Shown here: one piece after another, positions 56,812-64,000 of the stretch
Layout: every line of letters starts with the position of its first letter
Position numbering within the stretch: the stretch's first letter is position 1
DNA from: Eledone cirrhosa
Taxonomy: Eukaryota
DNA length: 64,000 nt
Reading direction: 5' to 3'
Assembly (NCBI GenBank): GCA_964016885.1
Contig: OZ024740.1
Location: forward strand, 380,122,001-380,186,000
The notes under the pieces: generated by a model
The model's database searches: none
The model's input: the letters and a program-made list of their open reading frames with translations, nothing else
What the model was told of the DNA's origin: nothing
Program-made: the position numbers and the translations under genes

Positions 56812-59800
56812 AACAAATCAATGTGTCGATTTCTAAATATATTCCTATATGTATATGTTAATTTAAAAAGCGAGACAAACGAGCAATCAAATATGTATCT
56901 AATGCGAATATATAGTCGTATATTTGCATACTTAGAATTTGTAAATAAATTAATGCCATTAATGAGTCATGTCTGTACAAATGGAATTCTACACATCTAA
57001 AAATCAATTATATGTCGTTATATGTTTGCTTTTGTATTTATGTATGTATGAGTATGCATATATGTGTGCTTTTAAATTTATAAAGCTACCAGTTTTCTTG
57101 GATATTATTTATTTTACGATTTCTATATCATATCTCAGATAGCTAACATATCGTCTTTTCTTTTGTAATTGATTGAACTAACACTCGCTTATGAAGAGAA
57201 GAAAAGAAATACATAATCAGCAAGGTTGTTACAGACGTTTTGCTACATAATTAACAAACACTATAAATAATCGTTTGTAATTGTCTATTATGTTTTTGCC
57301 CCATGCGAATTAATTTAAAGATTAGAAGATTAACAATTAACCTCATTGAAACCCTTTTGACAAGTTTATCCGTCAGAATTGTCTCTTGATATACATTTTA
57401 TCAATTCTTCATGTAGTTTTTTACTGGTTCACATTAGTATATTATTTGCAGTCTTCTTTACTCTAGCTTATATAATTTCTGTCTTAATTGTGATGTATTC
57501 ATAGCTAGATTTCCTTTCCTCATAGACCAGTTCGACGAGAATTGATTTGGAGCTAAATAGTAACAACATTTCGACATACATGGAAAGGAGAAATTGATCC
57601 TTTAGATCCCACAAAATATTTTAAGCCAAGTCAATTAAATGTTAAGTAACACGATTTAACTTTAGAATTCCTGGTTGCACGTTTGAGATTGTGTAGTCAC
57701 ACACATACACTTACTCGTGCATGTATTATACTGCATCTAAGTAAAAAACAACTTAATGAGTTTTCTATAATTTCTAGATATTTCGCTTAATTGATCACAT
57801 TGAATTTATTTCCCTCGATTTTTGTTTGTATTACTGAAGGACACACACGGAATTTCTGTCTACTACTTGCATGTATAATCAAATATCTTGCTATATATCC
57901 ATTTGTTAGGTAAGTCTATACTTCTTAACATTTAAAATAATGTCGGTTTCTCTCTTGCTTCTCTAAACTTACTTATCACCCATTAAGGTACTCTCGATAA
58001 AAACTACATCACCTGTGTCTACATCTTTCCTTTTACTGTCACAAATTACAACTTTTTCTTATCCCTCTTCTTAGCTGCGTCTTTTCCTTACACTCTACTC
58101 TCAGTTTCGGTGGCTTTTTTTCCATTCAAAACTGAAATGATTTTTCTCGAAATTTATTCAGAAATACTTAGACATACGTATTACCCCATGTGCGCTTCTC
58201 CACTTCATACTCAATATGGATGAAAATTATATATGTTTAAATTAGTCGATATTTAATTCAATTCGCAATACAGTCGTGTGTCTGGAATGAAAGGAAGTGC
58301 TTAAACTGAAGATGTCAATAATAAAATGAACTTTTGTTCAATAAATCCAAATATTACAGTTCTCGGATCATCATATAAATGTACAAATACATAAAAAAAA
58401 ACTAATTACAGAAGAATCTAACTGCTATGAACGGAATGCGATTTATCCTGGAGGCACAGGAGTGACTGAAACAAAATTACCTTCTATACGTATTTCTTTA
58501 CATATGATGTTATCTACTTAATATTTAATTATTAGTAGCTTTAGACTCCTCTAAAGTTGTTCCATTAGTTATTTTCATATCTGAAACTACATCTACATCT
58601 TTTCAATTACTAAAACCTGAAAAGTAAATACTCACTTATTGAAAGCCTTAACCCATGCTCCATCACTAAACTGTTTCTTCATTGCCAGGACATGATAACT
58701 GTCCACCACTTACTCTCACATTTCAGTTTGCTTTTGCTACAAAAATATTAAAATCTTTTTCAAATAAAACCCCACTACTTTGAATAGGGAGGAGCTCGAT
58801 TTTAATACTGATGGGAAGAAGGGAAGAAGTGAGGAAATTATTCTCAGACAAGAAATCTGGACCGAATTCTGGCAACAGAATCTGCTCCATTAAAGCCACA
58901 CATTGGGTCCGCTGATATTAAACTGTATCACAGATGAAGTGTACATGAATAATATAGTCTTAAATACACGATGCCTGGGAGACATACGGGAGAGTCATAG
59001 GTCTACTCAATAAAGACTAACCTGGACTAAACAGTAGCAACAAAAGTAACAAGATTTTCCTTCTCGCCCCATAAGATCTGTTCTTCTCAAAATCCACAGA
59101 AAATATTGATTGTAATCATTCATTCAATAGACTACCGGCTTTCCTGAATAATTACCATTCCATTCCTGAAATACACCAACCTTTTAATTGCAGCGATCCA
59201 ATATAAACGACGTTCTCTATTTTCAATTTCCAACGGACTCAACGGGATATACAACGATAAAAAAAAGTCTTAGCTACCAATACCAACAACAATCAGCAAA
59301 AGAATGCGATTAATTTATTTGAGAAATGAATCTCTAGAGATTTGATTGGTGATCAATTAGTTATTTGTAGAACAAAAACAAATCTCGTGTCTGAGCTTAA
59401 TCTAATTCTATAAACATTTCAATAGTTACATTATCATTGCATATTAAATGATGGCGTGATTTAGATAAAAATTCAATGTTGCATACTATTATAGACAGAC
59501 TAATTTAATTCTATAACGACCAAACCAATACAATTTCAGGTAATATTTCCTCGTTTTTTATAATGGAGACCACTATAGAGCAAAGGTCTAATCTCCTGGC
59601 AAGTTGAGATCCGAACCCAGTTTCGATTCTCAGCTGCTGACAATTAACTTTACTTATGATGATATTTCCATTGGAAAAGGCTCGAACCTGATATATATCA
59701 TGCCAAATTCTTCTACAAATATAGAATTTGTGCGTGGGAAGAATAAGTCAATATCCGTTCTTTTATTTTACACACCTATCGTCGCTGTCGTTTAGCCCCA

Positions 59801-61679
59801 GCGCAATTCGGATTAATCAAACGTCTCTCAAAAGGTGAACCAGCCATACCACCCTATTTGTTTGTATGTGTAGGTGACTGGTTTCCAAACCTTTCCATTT
59901 TTATTCGCATTGAATGTATAACTATTTTATATTTAGATAAATATTGTATTCTACAATGCATAAATGTTCAATTCTAGTACAATTCAATATTTACCACACA
60001 AACTCAGGCATAATATGATAAAGGAAGTTGTTTTGTTGATAGCTGATTATTCTGACTACGGTTATGCTGAAGTTACATGGGAGAAAAAGAGGCCAGATTC
60101 AACACAGCGAAGAAGGCCTTCCATCTAATCTAATCTAAACTGAGATAACATAACTTGAACAGAGCTGACTTCTCATGGTATGTCAAAACACTTGTTAGGA
60201 GCAGAAATTCAATGTTAAGAAATGTATGTACACGCATTTATTTACGTCTTCGTTCTTTCCTACAGTTTCCTTGTATTGCAGACACAATGTAGAACGAAGA
60301 ATTAAAGTGAAACGTAAAAAGGAGACACTTTCGGTCTGCTCCCTTTCGTGACGTCAGCGTCAGTGCGTGAACGACCGGGTAACGACTGGTTTAGTTCGCA
60401 ATTACAGTTATGAAAGTAGTATTTATTATGATCGACAAGAAAACTTCTATTAGGTGTATTTTTAGTCATTTCTTATCACTGTTACACATTTATATCAATC
60501 GAAAAACAACAAAAAATTAAATAATTATCTACTGGAATCTCCATTCATCTACTAGCAAATAGAAAACATGACGAACCATATGAGATGACTTTTCTTGGCG
60601 CCATCATTGTATAATTAACAGAGGTTTTATTATAACTAATAATTACTTCTAGCGAATTTGTATAGGAAGGAGAGATTCAGACATGCCCTCAACGCATCAA
60701 ATGGAAAACAAAGTCTTCAAGCGTGTCTTCCAGCAACTCGATGGGTTATGGGACGCAAGTAATACTACTAGTGCACTCATGAAAGAACATGAAAACATAG
60801 CCACTAAGATACCCACTGTGCAATTGAAAAATAAAAATCTTTGTGTATTTCGGAAACCCATACCTAACAAATCTAAAGTAAATGCAATCGTCTATGTTTG
60901 AACCAATGTACTACATCCCCTAAGAAAATCACGCTTCATCCAAATATGTAATATAACAGGGCTGTATGCGGACAAGAAAAGACACAATCTCCCAGCTTCA
61001 TCGTAACAAACAGGTTCCGATCTCAATCTCAATCGATTTGGTATTATCCATGTCAACAATTGATGTTTCAATAGTCACATTACGGAATGACGTACGTTAT
61101 CATAAATTGTTTCTTATTCACTTCTCTGTTAGAAACTTTTCTGAAATTTCACAGGATATATTCTGTCGGATAACCATACTCCATGCTCGTCAATTATACT
61201 GTGTGGTGGGACCCAATTTAGTCACCGAAAATGAGCCAGGATGTATTTGGTTTCAGTGTACCAATAACAGGTAGAACGTGCGTGGCCATACGTGATAATT
61301 TTCTATATTCCACGAAAAATGTCGGGTTTCATGCTGGTCTGAAAAAAAGCAATGAAAACTAATATCACTTTTAGCATCAACGACACAATCCTCGAAGGAG
61401 ATCCGATTATGTTGCTTTCTTTCTATTTCTGGCAACTATTCAAGGTAATTTTAATAAGTTCATGTAGTAATACATCATCATATAGTTGAATTCTGGAATA
61501 GACAATAGCTACTCAAGGAAATATCACGAAACACTGTTAGATTGTTAATTGTTAATACAGGATGATAAATCACGTCATAGTATACACGCGCACGCACACA
61601 CACACACATACACACACACACACACATTTGTGTATGTATGTATAATATATATATATATACAGTATATATATATATATAT

Positions 61680-62556
61680 AAATGTAATCTGAGTTTCTCG
61701 AATATTAATAACATTCGATTCGTTTGCAATTATGAAAACAAGCCTCAATTAAAAAATGTCAGTAGAATGAACACTTCATTCTTGCTCTGGTATCACCCTT
61801 CATCAGTACAGCTCACTGTTCAACTGCCAAACTGTCAGAGCTAGTGAAAATATATATTATTTTCAAAAATACACAGTGACTGATCGGCCTGATTTGCATG
61901 TCAGCAGACTGGCTGATCAGTCAGATCTGCATATTAGCAGATCCACTGATCAGCCAGATTTGCAGACTGGCCAGTCAGTTTCCTGTATACGAGCGATAAA
62001 TGGCCGGCTTTGCCAAATTCAAATAAAATAGAAAATTTCACTCAACATGGCTGAATACAATAAATGCAATCTGAGTTTTTCGAATATTAATAATTGTTTC
62101 TACTTTAGGCACAAGGCCAGCAATTACCCAGTACATTACTGGTACTTTATTTTATCGACCCCGTAAGGATGAAAGGCAAAGTTAACCTCATATTAATAAT
62201 AACATTCGATTCGTTTGCAATTATGCAAACAAGCCTCAATTATATAGCCATGTCAGTAGAATGAACAGTCCCTGTGTATTTTTGAAAATAGCATATATTT
62301 TCACTAGCTCTGAAAGTTTGGCAGGTGAACAGTGAGCTGTACTGATGAAGGGTGATACCCAAAAACATTAGTGTCTGCAGTTCTGTTCGCATGCCAACAC
62401 CAGTGCAAGAATGAAGTGTTCATTCTACTGACATGGCTATAAAATTGAGGCTTGTTTGCATAATTGCAAACGAATCGAATGTTATTATTAATTATTAATA
62501 TTCGAAAAACTCAGATTACATTTATTGTATTCAGCCATGTAGAGCGAAATTTTCTT
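61680..62556. mobile_element. Hammerhead element: tandem forward copies plus an inverted permuted copy, with a nested SINE fragment at 62091-62189
   Basis: AAATG(T/C)AATCTGAGTTT at 61680 and 62062; reverse-complement block 62272-62556. Plus strand 62334-62383: gagctgta CTGATGA a gggt gat accc aAAAA CATTAGTG TC tgcagttc (G12 lost). Confidence 0.85.
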
Positions 62557-62777
62557 TATATATATATATAAGTATGTATGTACATATATATATATGTATA
62601 TATATATGTGTGTGTGTGTAGGGGAAATAAATATTAACCAATTATTACAAGTATGAGTACAGCTCAATGTAAAAAAATAACAAATATAATACAGAGCCGA
62701 AATACTTTAAAGTATATATATATATAAAAGGTAAACAGAAATAACAACACAATCGGTACAGTATAGCAGGAAGAGGG

Positions 62778-62813
62778 TCTTTACGTTTCGGACGCTAGTC
62801 CTTCATCAGAAGA
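62778..62813 (-). ncRNA. Minimal type I hammerhead ribozyme
   Basis: tctt CTGATGA a ggac tagc gtcc GAAA CG TA aaga; the classic Penelope-type minimal form. Confidence 0.9.
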
Positions 62814-62925
62814 AAGAATGAGAAATAAAATAGATTGAAGGGACGGGGGGGGGGAACATCTCTTGGAAAACTGTTGCTGCTGGCGTTTTGAGTATGATTT
62901 ATTTTTTTTGGAAAAGTGGATGATG

Positions 62926-62995
<70 letters not shown>

Positions 62996-64000
62996 ATTCG
63001 AATTTGATTTCTCGCTCTCACATAGAGGGTTACATAAATGTATTTATGAGTTTCATATAGAATAATTATAATAATATTCGATTCGTTTTTAAGGAAACAG
63101 CCTCATTATGCTATGTGTTTTGATGACTACCGTCATCCGTTCGTTCTACCAGTAGCATTGAGAAACAGTCAATATGTTTCTGGGTTATTGTCCTTTGTCA
63201 AGACTGTATCGTTCTGATATTAATTTTAACTGTTGAAAATATATGATATTTTTTAATGTATACAGGCTGATTAAACTCATTTGCATACCGAAAATTAAAA
63301 ACAAAATTAGAATTTGCTTTCTCGCTCTCACATAGCGGGTTACATAAACATATTTATGGGTTTTATATAATCCAGAAACATGTTCACTATTTCTCGATAC
63401 TATAGCTAGAATGAACGGATAACATAAAATAACATAGCGCAATGAAGCTGTTTGCTTGCTTACGAATAAAATATTATTATTATTCGATGTATTTGTGAAT
63501 ATGTACTTCCAGTTTGTTAGGCATGTATACAGCACAGCTTTACCCTTCGCCGCTGTTTTTTTAAATGAAACGTTCTCTGTTATCTGTTCAGGGTATAAGA
63601 ATTTCATGTGAATTTGATTATTATGGACGTGGCTTGCACAGAACCACGCCCACCCTTCAAACAAAACCATCAAGAAAAACCGATGGCCCTATATAGTTTG
63701 GGACTAACAGCACTGATTCATCTTCAGGTTTACTACCAGAATCTCCCTCTTATAGTAAATTTTGGGATGGTCACTTTGAGTGGTTTTGTTTTACCAGCCA
63801 CAATATGTCCAAAATCCACCCTACTCATGAAGCTACCTTCATGTGGTTGCCAGTGGGCGGCGACCTGACCACGAAACAGGTTGTACTGGGTTACATGTTA
63901 CCAGTAGCACTCGAGAGTGACCTGATGTTAAAAAAAAACATACATACATAAGTACATACATACATACATACATACATATATACATAAATGGCGACCGTTG

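Noticed and set aside
60500-61450. Possible decayed DNA-transposase sequence (also 15100-16300)
   Set aside because: No motif or terminal repeats could be convincingly identified.
61878-61982. Short repeats of about 24 bp (CTGATCAG.CAGAT.TGCA) superficially like an array
   Set aside because: An internal minisatellite of the 61680 element with no unique spacers; the sequence is eukaryotic, so not CRISPR.

Overview
AT-rich, microsatellite-dense eukaryotic DNA. The SINE family and repeat landscape resemble an octopod cephalopod (recollection, not a database result). No host protein-coding gene can be confidently identified, and most ORFs in the track are microsatellite artefacts. The conventional content is decayed retrotransposons (Penelope-like elements with RT and GIY-YIG remnants; RTE, CR1-like and L1/Tx1-like LINEs), two non-autonomous Helitrons and about a dozen copies of one tRNA-type SINE. 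The main discovery is about 18 short non-coding elements with mutually unrelated sequences, most embedded in (TA)n microsatellites. Each carries a type I hammerhead ribozyme or its remnant (CUGANGA - stem II - GAAA - palindromic stem III - UH); I count roughly 20 recognisable cores plus several decayed ones. The elements occur as head-to-tail units of 306-690 bp and as inverted repeats that all share one polarity (ribozyme-sense 3' ends facing outward). Several inverted arms are circularly permuted full monomers, and four families carry an E2F/CHR-like motif upstream of the ribozyme. This looks like a diverse, (TA)n-targeting, Penelope-dependent retrozyme-like system. All folds were derived by eye and need computational and experimental confirmation.
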